Shown: positions 1 to 12,171, counted from the first letter of the whole stretch. The stretch: DNA of 63,699 bases, filler included, from Octopus bimaculoides (GCF_001194135.2; 5 parts of 5 records of this genome joined end to end with filler, not necessarily neighbours in it); one strand, 5' to 3'. Translations and numbers: made by a program. Notes: generated from the sequence alone by a model not told the origin.

Positions 1-35
<35 letters not shown>

Positions 36-36
<1 letters not shown>

Positions 37-372
37 TTATGTTTGACTTTTGCTTTGCATTTGCACAAGTTAGATCCAAGTCTCACCCAGAGACCTCAAG
101 AGACAACAAGTTAGAAGTTCGTGTAGGTGTTATGCCTAGGGTACCATATCATTGGATTTCTACATAGTGTTGTTCTAGAGGATGTTTGAGAAACCATAAG
201 AAAATTGTGTGTTTGTTTTAAAACTTGAGATCACATAGACAGTATTTTACGTAGGATATGGGCAGTTTAAACTTCAGCAATTTTGGGGTTTCCTGGTATC
301 TGAGCTAGGTAGTAATCAGCCCGTTTCGCTGTCATTCCCAGGGCACCTATGACAATAGGTATTGTTTTAGTC

Positions 373-373
<1 letters not shown>
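36..373 (-). mobile_element. R4/Dong-like RLE non-LTR retrotransposon, 5'-truncated 3' end
   Basis: Minus strand reads KTKTIPIVIGALG (RLE C-terminus) followed by a 3'UTR closely similar to 2457-2740. (ATT)n on both sides (1-35, 374-423). Confidence 0.85.
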
Positions 374-423
<50 letters not shown>

Positions 424-424
<1 letters not shown>

Positions 425-835
425 GACAAACATTTTTCTCTTTGGCCAATCTCTGATGAACTTCTTCAAGTTTCACGTGGAAAGTAAAATAAGGGTAGAG
501 AGGGAAGTGTTGTCTTCTGGCCAGTTTGCTGAAAGGTGGATGAAAGTGGCGAGGATGGTGCGAGTGAACGGGCCTGCCTTGAACATACACCTGTAGTTGG
601 AAGAAAAAAAGGAAATGAAAGGGCACCTACCCCAAAAATCAGGGTACCCATGGCTATTTTTAAGGTTTTTTTCATGAGCATCCCTCGAACGTCTCCTCTT
701 TACTGAGGACTACACACTCTCTACTGAGGAAAACCCTAACAACACACATACACACACACTTTATTATTTTTTTTGTCCTATGCTGTCCATAATGTTTTTC
801 TTAATGTAAACCCTTGTGGTTAATAAAGAAATCAT
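424..835 (+). mobile_element. L1/Tx1-like LINE 3' end
   Basis: Plus frame FLFGQSLMNFFKFHVESKIRVEREVLSSGQFAERWMKVARMVRVNGPALNIHL* (stop 594-596), homologous to 38100-38245. 3'UTR with AATAAA and (ATC)n tail. Confidence 0.7.
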
Positions 836-1129
836 CATCATCATCATCATCATTGTTATTATTGAGTAAGAGAGCAGTCATCAAAGTGACACTGGGGTAA
901 AATATACGAAGCCCAATATACTCATCATGACTACTCGTCTGATAAGAGTACACCAGGCACATGCATCACAACCATATGTGCGTGACATGGTGATCTCATA
1001 TCAAGATAAACAGCGCATTACCTTGCAGGTGGGGCCCAGTTAGAGTTTTCTTCAGGTCGAGTAGCCCATCCCGCTCAAAAATTCTCTGAATGATAATGAT
1101 AATCCTTTCTATTATAGGCACAATGCCTG

Positions 1130-1274
1130 AAATTTTACGGGAGGAAACTAGTCGATTACATCGAATCCAGTGTTTCACCCCGAAATGATGAAAGACAGAG
1201 TCGACCTGGGCAGAATTTGAACTCAGAACACAGCGACAGACGAAATACCGCTTAGCATTTCGCCCGGCGTGCTA

Positions 1275-1275
<1 letters not shown>
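1130..1275 (-). mobile_element. tRNA-derived SINE family A (partial)
   Basis: Reverse complement of the repeat seen at 2226-2443. Confidence 0.75.
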
Positions 1276-1352
<77 letters not shown>

Positions 1353-1354
<2 letters not shown>

Positions 1355-1831
1355 GAAAACACAGTTTATTTTGCTGGCTATGACGGACAGTGTCAGCTGT
1401 CCACAGCCAGCAGACTAAGGTGACACTTATTTACTGGTCATGCTTCAAAAACCCTGCGAAGAATTCTTGCAGTTCCAAGCAATGCTGATTTTTGTAGGGG
1501 TTCTACCTTCATACTTGCGCCGATATTTTTCAGCCATGTTGGAAGCTGAGTGCTGATACTTCCAAGTGCACCAAATACTATTGGTATTACGTCTACTCTC
1601 TTCATTGACTACAACCTTCGTATTTCCCATTTCAAATCGTCATAGTTGTTTATTTTTTCTTCTCCTTTCACATTGATACTGTTGTCACCAGGGCATGCTA
1701 TTTTGATTATCATACATGTTCTTTCTTTTTTATTCACCTCGACAATGTCTGGTTTCCGATGTCTGGTCAGGTGATCGCACTGGATCATTGCATCCCACAG
1801 AATTTGGCAATTCTCATTTTCGGTGACTCCT

Positions 1832-1834
<3 letters not shown>
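1353..1834 (-). mobile_element. R4/Dong-like RLE LINE 3' fragment
   Basis: ILWD..IQCDH..RKPDIV..IIKIACPGD..KINNYDDLKWEIRRL, then VIPIVFGALG..LQKSALLGTARILRR across a frameshift. (ATT)n on both flanks. Confidence 0.9.
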
Positions 1835-1873
<39 letters not shown>

Positions 1874-1874
<1 letters not shown>

Positions 1875-2150
1875 AGACGTCGCACAATATCCATTATCGT
1901 GATTTTGTTGATTGAAGATATTGTATGCACCGGAGGTTTATACTGTCTGTCGAGTCACAACAAGAACCTCAGACAGTGCGCGTGCAGTTCCAAGTAACGC
2001 CGATTTTTGCAATACACCTAGATTGTAGGCTATTTCTAAAGTTTCCAGATTTTTTTTTCAGGTTGGGTGGTATCGAACCCAATGCTCCGATGACAATTGG
2101 GACAACCTTTATGTTTGACTCTCGTAGCTGCCACATCTTAGCGATTTCAG

Positions 2151-2151
<1 letters not shown>
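1874..2151 (-). mobile_element. R4/Dong-like RLE LINE 3' fragment
   Basis: KTEIAKMWQLRESNIKVVPIVIGALGSIPPNLKK..LQKSALLGTA. (ATT)n on both flanks. Confidence 0.85.
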
Positions 2152-2225
<74 letters not shown>

Positions 2226-2226
<1 letters not shown>

Positions 2227-2443
2227 GGCGGCGGGCTGGCAGAATCTTTAGCATGCCGGGCAAAATGTTATGCGGTATTTCGCCCGTCTTTACGTTCTGA
2301 GTTCAAATTCCGCCGAGGTCGACTTTGCCTTTCATCCTTTCGGGGTCGATGAAAGAACTACCAGTTAAGTACTGGGGGTCGATGTAATCGACTGTCCTCC
2401 TCCCCACAAATTTCAAGCCGTGTACCTATAAGTAGAAAGGATA
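2226..2443 (+). mobile_element. tRNA-derived SINE family A (representative full copy)
   Basis: A-box-like TGGCAGAATC, B-box GAGTTCAAATTCC, core GCCTTTCATCCTTTCGGGGTCGAT, (ATT)n tail. About 20 related copies in the window. Confidence 0.85.
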
Positions 2444-2456
2444 ATTATTATTATTA

Positions 2457-3982
2457 TATGTTTGACTTTTGCTTTGTATTTGTACAAGTTGACTCCAAGT
2501 GTCATCCAGAGACCTCTAGAGACAACAAGTTAGAAGTTCAAGTTGGTGTTATGCCTAGGGTGTCATATATTTGGTTTTTCACATAGTATTGTGCTAGAGA
2601 ATGTTTAAGAAAACAAGAAAATTATAAGTTTGTTTTAAAATTTGAGATTACATAGACAGTATTTTACGTAGGATATGGGCAGTTCCCATGAGTACTACCT
2701 TTTGAATTTCTGCCATTTTGGCGTTTCCTGGTATCTGAGCTAGGTAGGAATCAGCCCCTTTCCTAAGGCACCTATGACAACAGGTATTGTTTTAGTCTTC
2801 AGGTTCCACATTTTGCCAATTTCTATTTCAATATCTTTATACTTGCTCAGTTTTTGGTAGGTCTTGACAAATACATTTATGTCGATTGAGATAGTCATAT
2901 CAATGAGGAGGCATGATTTTTGCCTGAAGTCTTTCAATATAATGTCTGGCCTATTCGCATCCGTCTTTCTGTCAGTTTGAACGGTGAAGTTCCAGAGGAG
3001 TGAGATGTGATCATTTTCAAGCACTGGAGGTGGTTTGTGTTCCCACCAATTTTTATCATGGGGCAGGTTCAGGTTTTTGCAAATTACCCAGTGAATATAC
3101 TGTGCTGCTCTACCATGCCTGTTGAGATACTCAGTAGGCGCAAGAAGACTGCACATGGAGAAAACATGATCAATGGTTTCATTCTGTTGTTTACATACAC
3201 GACATGTTGGGCTACTGCCGTTCTTTAATAAGTTGGCCTGGCAGCTCCTTGTAGGTAGGCATTGATCTTGGGCTGCTATGATAAACCCTTCTGATTTCAA
3301 GCCAGAAGACACTAACCATTGATGGGTAAGGGCTTTGTCAACATCGGTATTATTAAGCTCGCTTTGGGTGTTTGCCATTGAAAGGATTTTCATGCCATTT
3401 GTCAGTAGGAATGTCTAAGGAAGCAGTTTTAGCACGGGTTTTCATACGCTTAGCTTCTCTTGTGCTTGTTTCCAGTACGTCTAATTCTGGGATTTGTTGC
3501 ATTTGGAATTCACTTAGATATTTCTTTGCCTGTTTTGTTACTGAGTATGATGCTTTCTTGTTTTCATGCTTTAAGACAAGTTTTAACATCCAGTCATCAG
3601 AGTTTTTCAGGTAGGTGTTTAGGTTGTAGTAACGCCGTGCGCATGCGTAGTCTCACGCATGCGTGGAATTAAACAAGCAAGCGTTCCCGCTTAATTCTAT
3701 CTCTTTTACGGTCGTGATAAGCTGTCTCTCTACATCTTTCGGACTTACACTCGACAGCTCGCTTGCAACTACATACCCACGTCCCAACAACTATGCTCAC
3801 ACACAACAGAAGCTGTAACAACAAGAACTAAAGATGTATATATTTACCACCTAAATAAAGTGTTGTTTAAGTTGATAGTCTGGAGTTCAGCGTTCCGTTA
3901 TATTCTTTAATTTTATAGTAGGAAAGTCAGGTATACATCTAAAGATATATAACCCACTTTCTACTAAAAGGTCATTTATGGC
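2457..3982 (-). mobile_element. R4/Dong-like RLE LINE, 5'-truncated, interrupted by a solo LTR
   Basis: ORF 2740-3393 has GLKS(ET)EGFIIAAQDQ, a CRVC..ETIDH..C zinc knuckle and RPDII..CLLIDM..KLSKYKD..IPVVIGALG (RLE). The frame AINDLNTYLKNSDDWMLKLV continues across the LTR. (ATT)n at both ends. Confidence 0.92.
3625..3968 (+). mobile_element. Solo LTR (Gypsy-like)
   Basis: Starts TGTAGTA and ends TACTAAA (one mismatch from TACTACA). 4-bp TSD AGGT at 3621-3624 and 3969-3972. Internal AATAAA. Homologous to 10351 and 12172. Confidence 0.85.
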
Positions 3983-4045
<63 letters not shown>

Positions 4046-4049
4046 CATT

Positions 4050-4581
4050 AAGGCGATGAGGTGGAAGAATCCTTGTTAGCACGTCGAACAAAAATGTTTA
4101 GCGGTGGATTTTGCCTTTCATCCTTTTCAGGGTCGATAAAACAGTTGTGCACTCTCCTGAAATTGTTGGCCTTGTGCCAAAAATTTGAAACTTTTATTAT
4201 TGTTGTTGTCGTTGTTGTTGTTGTTATTGTTGTTGTTGTTGGCGACGGCGACGGCGGCGGCGAGCTAGAAAAGTCGTTAGCACACCGGATAAAATCTTTA
4301 GCATCATTTCAACCGTCTATTCGTTATGTACTCAAATTTCGTCGAGACCGACTTTGTCTTCCATCTTTTCGGGGTTTTTGATTAAACTACGAGTTCAGAA
4401 CTGGAGTCAAGGTAATCGATCTCCCCATCTCATAGAATTTCACGCTTTGTACCCATAGTGGAAAGGATTAGGTTGACTTTGCCTTTCATCCTTTCGCGGT
4501 CGATAAAATAAGTACCAGTTGATCGTTGGGGATCTTACCTTCTTCCCTGAAATTGCTGTCCTTGTGCCAAAATTTGAAGCC

Positions 4582-4583
<2 letters not shown>
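4050..4583 (+). mobile_element. Cluster of three partial family A SINEs
   Basis: Repeated gcctttcatcc/ggtcgataa core, each ending in an ATT- or GTT-rich tail. Confidence 0.7.
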
Positions 4584-4617
<34 letters not shown>

Positions 4618-4620
<3 letters not shown>

Positions 4621-5789
4621 TAGTTTTATTTTTATAACGTGCTTTCACTTCACTACCGAGCACAGCTCAGTGTGCCTTGGGTATGTGCTGTGGTTTGCTG
4701 TGATGCTCTTATGGTTACTGTATTGAAAGTGTTTTGCGTAGGATGTGTGCAGTGCCCAGTAGTGCAATTTTCTGTATGTTATATATATTTGTAAGTCCTG
4801 GTGTTTTTGTTATGTATTTGTCTGAATATTTTTTTTATTATACCTAAGGCACCTACTATGATAGGAATTGTTTCTGTTTTTAGATTCCACATTCGAATAA
4901 CCTCTATTTCCANNNNNNNNNNNNNNNNNNNNNNNNNNNNNNNNNNNNNNNNNNNNNNNNNNNNNNNNNNNNNNNNNNNNNNNNNNNNNNNNNNNNNNNN
5001 NNNNNNNNNNNNNNNNNNNNNNNNNNNNNNNNNNNNNNNNNNNNNNNNNNNNNNNNNNNNNNNNNNNNNNNNNNNNNNNNNNNNNNNNNNNNNNNNNNNN
5101 NNNNNNNNNNNNNNNNNNNNNNNNNNNNNNNNNNNNNNNNNNNNNNNNNNNNNNNNNNNNNNNNNNNNNNNNNNNNNNNNNNNNNNNNNNNNNNNNNNNN
5201 NNNNNNNNNNNNNNNNNNNNNNNNNNNNNNNNNNNNNNNNNNNNNNNNNNNNNNNNNNNNNNNNNNNNNNNNNNNNNNNNNNNNNNNNNNNNNNNNNNNN
5301 NNNNNNNNNNNNNNNNNNNNNNNNNNNNNNNNNNNNNNNNNNNNNNNNNNNNNNNNNNNNNNNNNNNNNNNNNNNNNNNNNNNNNNNNNNNNNNNNNNNN
5401 NNNNNNNNNNNNNNNACCATGTAGGGGCTTTTCTTGCCATCGTTTTATCATGGTCCGTTGCTGTTCTAGTTTTAGTTTGGATTTCATTTGTTTTATAGCT
5501 TTTGTTGTTTCTTCTTCGTATTTGTTAGGTAGATTGATTTCTTGTTTGTATTTGTCAGCTTCCTTAAATATTGAAAACAGTTTTTTGTTTTGCTCGTGTT
5601 TTGTGGCTATTTGTATTAGTTTTCCTTGCTTCTGGTGTAGGTATTTTTGAAGTCCTATGGTGGTTATTTTATAATAGTTTTCCAGCTGTATAAGACCCCT
5701 GCTGCCTTCTGTGCGTTGTATATATAGCCTTTCTATGTCAGATTTTGGGTGGTGCATCCTATATCCTGTCATTATTTTTCTTGTTTTAT
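4618..5789 (-). mobile_element. R4/Dong-like LINE fragment spanning a gap
   Basis: HHPKSDIERLYIQRTEGSRGLIQLE (post-RT region) before the gap and EIEVIRMWNLKTETIPIIVGALG after it. (ATT)n on both flanks. Confidence 0.88.
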
Positions 5790-5811
5790 GATTATTATTA
5801 TTGTTATTATT

Positions 5812-6384
5812 CAACACTTGATAGTTTCAAGTAGACTTTTACTGCATCGCCTGCTACACTTCTGTGTTGCTGGGGTGCATGCAGCATTGTGTGTTCTTTT
5901 TTGTTGGTGGTGGAATGCAAACTCTTCCCGGTATTGCATTGCATCAGTTTGTATTCTTATAGGGTCTTGTTGTAGTCTTTCGTATAAGTGCTTGTATTGT
6001 GTGTGTAATGTGAGTTGTGTTCTTCTGTTGGGTATCCGGCCTGTAAAGTACCTGTTGTGGTGGTTGTTTATTTTATTGGATATTTACTGTATAAAGTGTG
6101 CCTTGTGTTTGTGGATTGTTTTGTTTGGGTCATATTATTGTATTGATAGTGTCTTGCGTAGGATGTAGTCTGTTCCTAGCATGGCTATTTTTTTGGATAG
6201 TATATAGTGTTGAAGGTCCGGGTACACCTTCTACGTTTTTGTTCGTATGTTTTTTTTTATCATATCCACTGCTCCAATTATTACTGGTATTGTTTTCACC
6301 TTCACACCCCACATCTTGGACTCTTCAATTCCGAGGTCTTTGTACTTTGACAATTTCTCTATTTTTTATGGGGCAATATTTTGG
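5812..6384 (-). mobile_element. R4/Dong-like LINE 3' fragment with long 3'UTR
   Basis: KIEKLSKYKDLGIEESKMWGVKVKTIPVIIGAV..KIAMLGTDYILRKTL. ATT tract on the left, ATC tract on the right. Confidence 0.75.
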
Positions 6385-6399
6385 TCATGTCATCATCAT

Positions 6400-6870
6400 G
6401 TAAGGCAGCAAACTAACAGAATCCTTAATACGCCGGACAAAATGCTTAGCGGCATACCATCGCCTTTACATTCCAAGTTCAAATGCTACCGAGGTCGACT
6501 TAACCTTTCGTCATTTCAGGGTCTATGAAATAAGTACCAGTCAAGCATTGAGGTCCCTTCCCCACAAATTTCAGGCCTTGTATCTTTAGTAGAAGAGATT
6601 ATTATTATCATCATCATCTTTATTCTGCCATGATCGACTTTGCTTTTCATCCTTCCGGGTTGATGAAATAAGTACCAGTTGAGCACTGGAAATTATTATG
6701 AACTTTCTTCCGGCTCATTACGTTCTAAGTTCAAATCCCGCTGTCAACTTTACCCTTGCAAGGTCGATAAAATAAAGTACCAATCCATTACAGGGGTCGA
6801 TGTAATCTCCTACCCTCCTCCCCTAAAAAGCCGCCGCTCTTGGGCCCAAATTTGAAACCATTACTACTAC
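6400..6870 (+). mobile_element. Family A SINE copies (one full, two partial)
   Basis: Same head and core as 2226-2443. Confidence 0.7.
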
Positions 6871-7063
6871 TACTACTACTACAAAGGGGAAAATGGCAAA
6901 CGTAGGAATAGCATTTATTACAATATACTAGTAAAAGAGAACAGTTCAAACACATCAAAGTTTTGAATCTTGTCAGTAATATAATTAAGAGAGAGAGGGG
7001 GGAGACAGACAGACAGACAGAGACAGAGAATGTATTTACATTACTGGCAAGTATCTCAATATA

Positions 7064-9435
7064 CACTGGTGCCTTAACTTACGAATTTAATTCGTTCCGT
7101 GACGGAGCTCGTAACTCAAATTACTCGTATGTCAAATCAATTTTCCCCATTGAAATGAATTGAAATGCTATTAATCCGTTCGCTCCTCTCCTAAAAACAT
7201 CACAGTTTTTTTTTTTTTTTTTGTTACATATTTTTAAATAAGAAAAATGTACTTATAAATAACGAATACAGTATTAAAAAAAAATACAATAGAATGTATT
7301 GCAATAAACTGGTTTTATTAAGTATAGTGTACAACATTTACCTTTGAGATCAGACGACTTGAGGATGCTGACGGAGGCGGAGGAGAAAGGCTGAACTGAA
7401 TAACTAAATGTTATTCGCTGATTTTTGCCCTTTTCGCCACGCTTACCTCACTTTCATCTGCAGGAGTTTTCGATAAAAATTTGTCCAATGAGGTCTGTTT
7501 CATCCTCCCTTTTGGAATGTTTCTGAAATGAGTCAGGCAAGTGTCATTAAATAGTGCCGTCACACGCCCAGTTGCAACTTTTTCTGGGTGTTTTTTTTTT
7601 TTATAAAGTCTGAAAGTTTCTCCCACATTCCCAATATTTCCTTTATCGCACTTGTACAGATAACCTCCTCCGCGTCACTTATTTCCTGCAAAACCTCCGT
7701 GTGCTGCTGCTGCAGCTCCTTTAGCTCCTCCTTTGTCAGTTCCTCGGAGTGCCCCGCGACTGATGTCACCTTCATTCATGTCCAGGCTCATGGACTTACC
7801 AAGGGATACAATCTCCTCCACCGCTACCACTTCGGGTTCGAGTCTTTCAAAGTTCGTTTCGGACACAACCTCAGATCACAGCTTCTTCCACGCAGAAGTC
7901 AATGTCCTCTTTGTAACACCCTTCCAGGGCATATCGATAATTCTGAGGCAGATAATGATGTTATAGTGGTCCTTCCAGAACTGTCGAAGGGTGAGATTTA
8001 TACTCTCCGTCGCCTCAAAGCATCGGCGGAACAGGCGCTTGATGAAGAGCTTCTGGAAATTAGAAAACACCTTCTGGTCCATGGACTGCAGGATAGGGGT
8101 GGTGTTAGGTGGAAGGTAAAGAACCTTTATAAACTTGAACTCTTCGAGAATGTCATCTTCGAGGTTAGATGGGTGAGCAGGTGCATTGTCCAGGACGAGA
8201 AGGGCTTGCAGGGGTAGGTTATTTTCCTGGAGATATTTCTTAACATAAGGACCAAAGACCAAATTCACCCACTCCACAAAGAACTGCCTGGTGACCCACG
8301 CCCTCAGGTTTGCCCTCTACATAACCTGCAGTTTTTCTTTCAGAATCTTATGTGACTTAAAGGCTCTGGGGTTTTCCGAATCATAAGCGAGCAGCGGCTT
8401 AATCTTGCAGTCGCCGCTCGCATTGGCGCACAGTACTAGGGTTAGCTTAACCTTCATGAGTTTGTGGCCAGGCATCCTTNNNNNNNNNNGGGGGGGGTAT
8501 CCATCGGCTGCTATAATTCCGGCAAACGTTTCGAGGTAATCCTCAGTTGACTTTATATCCCCGCTGGCTGCCTCATCATGCCTGACAAGGGAATGGATGC
8601 CGGTCCTCCTTTTAAAATTCTTTAAACGGCTCGCCCGATGCCTCGTCCATACAAGTGCCTGGGGTCTGCTGCAGCAAATCACCATATATAGCTCGTGCCT
8701 TCTCGCAGATTATAGTCTCCGTCACGGTATCTCCTGCGAGCTGCTTCTCCGTCAACAACACCATCAGCAGCTTCTCCATATTTTCATGGATAGATGTCTG
8801 CTGTTTAGAAATCATTTTAACGCCCTTGGCTGGCGTTATAGCCTTTAACGACTCCTTCTGCATCGGTATGGTGCAGATCGTAGAAGTGTTACGATCGTAC
8901 TGCTTCGCCAAGTCAACTACATGCACCACCTTGGTCGTGTTTTTCGATAATTTCTTTTTTTAATTCAATGCACATCATCCGCTTCTTCTCAACACTGTCC
9001 TTCGCACTCACTTTCTTCGGACCCATGGTTGGAAAAACGAAGTTTTGCAAAATAACTGCAATCACAGTTGCGAGCACAACACTGATGCTTCTAACCTGGA
9101 ACGACTAAGTAAGTATTTTGCCACCCATCTAGCTAACGATCCACTAACGATCTTCGCACTTGCTAACACGCATGTCTGTCTCGCTATCGATCTACTAATG
9201 ATCTTCGTACTTGCTAACGTGCATGTCAGTCTAGCTATCGAGTGAGACACGGGTTGTTGGGCGGATGTTACGGCGTTCACTGTGGCGTTCGCTACGCCAA
9301 CTAGCGGTGGGGTATCAGGAGCTGACTCGTAACCCGAATTTTAGCTCGCAACTCAAAGCAAAAAATCGGCCGAGAGACGGCTCGTATCTCGAAAAAGCTC
9401 GTTAGTTGGGACACTCGTAAGTCAAGGTACCACTG
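7064..9435 (-). mobile_element. Full-length Tigger/pogo DNA transposon
   Basis: 21-bp TIRs CA(C/G)TGGT(G/A)CCTT(A/G)ACTTACGA with 3 mismatches. TA TSD at 7062-7063 and 9436-9437. About 2.37 kb. Confidence 0.92.
7411..9026 (-). pseudogene. Tigger/TIGD1-like transposase, frameshifted
   Basis: ATG at 9026 (MGPKKVSAKDSVEKKRMM). CENP-B-type HTH regions, then DDE_1 motifs LLVLDNAPAHP and LPPNTTPILQSMDQ, split over several frames. Confidence 0.9.
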
Positions 9436-10350
9436 TATTTTTTGTTATAAATACTGCGTGATGGATGGATGGATGAATGGATGGATGGACGAACGGACGG
9501 ACGAAAGAAAGTTCGAAAGAGTGCCGTTGATTTGTAGAAGTAAAAATATTTTCTCTACGTAAATTAAGGAATATGAACTAAAGAACGGATGCTGAAAACA
9601 TTATTCTAACCAAAACATATTCTCCCTACTTTAGAATCTGCAATTTAAAAAAAAATCTTTTTAACAATNNNNNNNNNNNNNNNNNNNNNNNNNNNNNNNN
9701 NNNNNNNNNNNNNNNNNNNNNNNNNNNNNNNNNNNNNNNNNNNNNNNNNNNNNNNNNNNNNNNNNNNNNNNNNNNNNNNNNNNNNNNNNNNNNNNNNNNN
9801 NNNNNNNNNNNNNNNNNNNNNNNNNNNNNNNNNNNNNNNNNNNNNNNNNNNNNNNNNNNNNNNNNNNNNNNNNNNNNNNNNNNNNNATCATTTGCACAAT
9901 ATTGTTTTCTGCGGATAAAATGACCAAATAATCTAATGTCTTATGTCATAGATGACTACAAGTATGTCTTTGTAAGTTTTTACGTACCAACACTTTTCAC
10001 CTCTGAGCCATAGTTACAGGTGTCGCAAGCATTATTCTTAATGGGTTTGGAGAACTTTAATGATCTGACGGTTTCTATTGAAAGTTTTACTTATCCAGGA
10101 AACAATTCTTTTGTAATAACTAGTTGAGATAGGAAACATCATATTTGTTAAATCACTATTTTCTTGATATCTCAACTTATTCTCCAAGCTTTTCTTGGCA
10201 TGCAGATAATATTTTCAGTTTACTTCATTTTGTAAATCTTTTATATTATATTTAAAAACCCCTTCTGTTGTTGAAACCCTACAACATTTCCAATCTTTCT
10301 GATGAAATATCATTGTCTCGAGTATTACATTTGTAGTGGCTTTATGCAGG

Positions 10351-10670
10351 TGTAGTAACGCCGTGCGCATGCGTAGTCTCACGCATACGTGGAATTAAAC
10401 AACCAAGCGTTCCCGCTTCTATTCTATCTCTTTCTCGGTCGGCCGGCCATGAGCATGGACGTGTCAAGCAGTGTCTCCAACATTCCAACTCTGGAGACAG
10501 TCTCTTTCTTGCTGGCCAGAATAGAGCATGGACGTGTTTAGCTGTCACTCTCCATCTTTCGGACTTACACTCGACAGCTCGCTTACATCTACATAGCAAC
10601 GTCCCAACAACTATGCTCACACACACAGAAGCTGTAACAACAAACAAGAGCTAAAGATATATATATTTAC
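10351..10670 (+). mobile_element. LTR copy (upstream), runs into a gap
   Basis: TGTAGTAAC start; about 6 differences from the 12172 copy over about 320 bp. Confidence 0.8.
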
Positions 10671-12171
10671 NNNNNNNNNNNNNNNNNNNNNNNNNNNNNN
10701 NNNNNNNNNNNNNNNNNNNNNNNNNNNNNNNNNNNNNNNNNNNNNNNNNNNNNNNNNNNNNNNNNNNNNNNNNNNNNNNNNNNNNNNNNNNNNNNNNNNN
10801 NNNNNNNNNNNNNNNNNNNNNNNNNNNNNNNNNNNNNNNNNNNNNNNNNNNNNNNNNNNNNNNNNNNNNNNNNNNNNNNNNNNNNNNNNNNNNNNNNNNN
10901 NNNNNNNNNNNNNNNNNNNNNNNNNNNNNNNNNNNNNNNNNNNNNNNNNNNNNNNNNNNNNNNNNNNNNNNNNNNNNNNNNNNNNNNNNNNNNNNNNNNN
11001 NNNNNNNNNNNNNNNNNNNNNNNNNNNNNNNNNNNNNNNNNNNNNNNNNNNNNNNNNNNNNNNNNNNNNNNNNNNNNNNNNNNNNNNNNNNNNNNNNNNN
11101 NNNNNNNNNNNNNNNNNNNNNNNNNNNNNNNNNNNNNNNNNNNNNNNNNNNNNNNNNNNNNNNNNNNNNNNNNNNNNNNNNNNNNNNNNNNNNNNNNNNN
11201 NNNNNNNNNNNNNNNNNNNNNNNNNNNNNNNNNNNNNNNNNNNNNNNNNNNNNNNNNNNNNNNNNNNNNNNNNNNNNNNNNNNNNNNNNNNNNNNNNNNN
11301 NNNNNNNNNNNNNNNNNNNNNNNNNNNNNNNNNNNNNNNNNNNNNNNNNNNNNNNNNNNNNNNNNNNNNNNNNNNNNNNNNNNNNNNNNNNNNNNNNNNN
11401 NNNNNNNNNNNNNNNNNNNNNNNNNNNNNNNNNNNNNNNNNNNNNNNNNNNNNNNNNNNNNNNNNNNNNNNNNNNNNNNNNNNNNNNNNNNNNNNNNNNN
11501 NNNNNNNNNNNNNNNNNNNNNNNNNNNNNNNNNNNNNNNNNNNNNNNNNNNNNNNNNNNNNNNNNNNNNNNNNNNNNNNNNNNNNNNNNNNNNNNNNNNN
11601 NNNNNNNNNNNNNNNNNNNNNNNNNNNNNNNNNNNNNNNNTCTGTCGACTGTCTGTAAAAGCGCACCTCTTCAAACACTCATCACCAAGCAGCCTTTTCG
11701 CCACCAGCTTCGTTCAACCAAGATTACCACCGCGACGACAACAATTACTACTATCAACTACAAGCATTCCCCCCGACGTCGCTAAGTTTCAACAGGACAT
11801 TCTATCTCCTTGTGGGACTCCTGTACGAACTTGATTTTTTCTATACAGACACTTTCACTTGTTCTGTGTTTTCACTCACACACACACTTGTGCACTCATA
11901 TATTTACTTTCCTTTCAGGGAAAACAAACAATCAGACTTTTACGTCGCGTGATTCCAGTTTCCTGGACAGTTGTCATCACGGTTGTTTTGTCATTGTCAT
12001 TTCATTTGTACATTGCATGCATGTATCACACGAGTGTACATTTCATTTCTTTCATTTTTCTTTGTGTGTGTTTTGTGCTACATCTTGTGGGTGGTTTTCA
12101 GTGGCCATCCTGCCTCAGGCGTTCTAACAAATTTCATATTATCGTGCGTTTTCGCACTGGCAAGGGAGCCC

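Noticed and set aside
7588-8217. 209-aa plus-strand ORF and other long ORFs antisense to elements
   Set aside because: Antisense shadows of the Tigger transposase or LINE coding strands.
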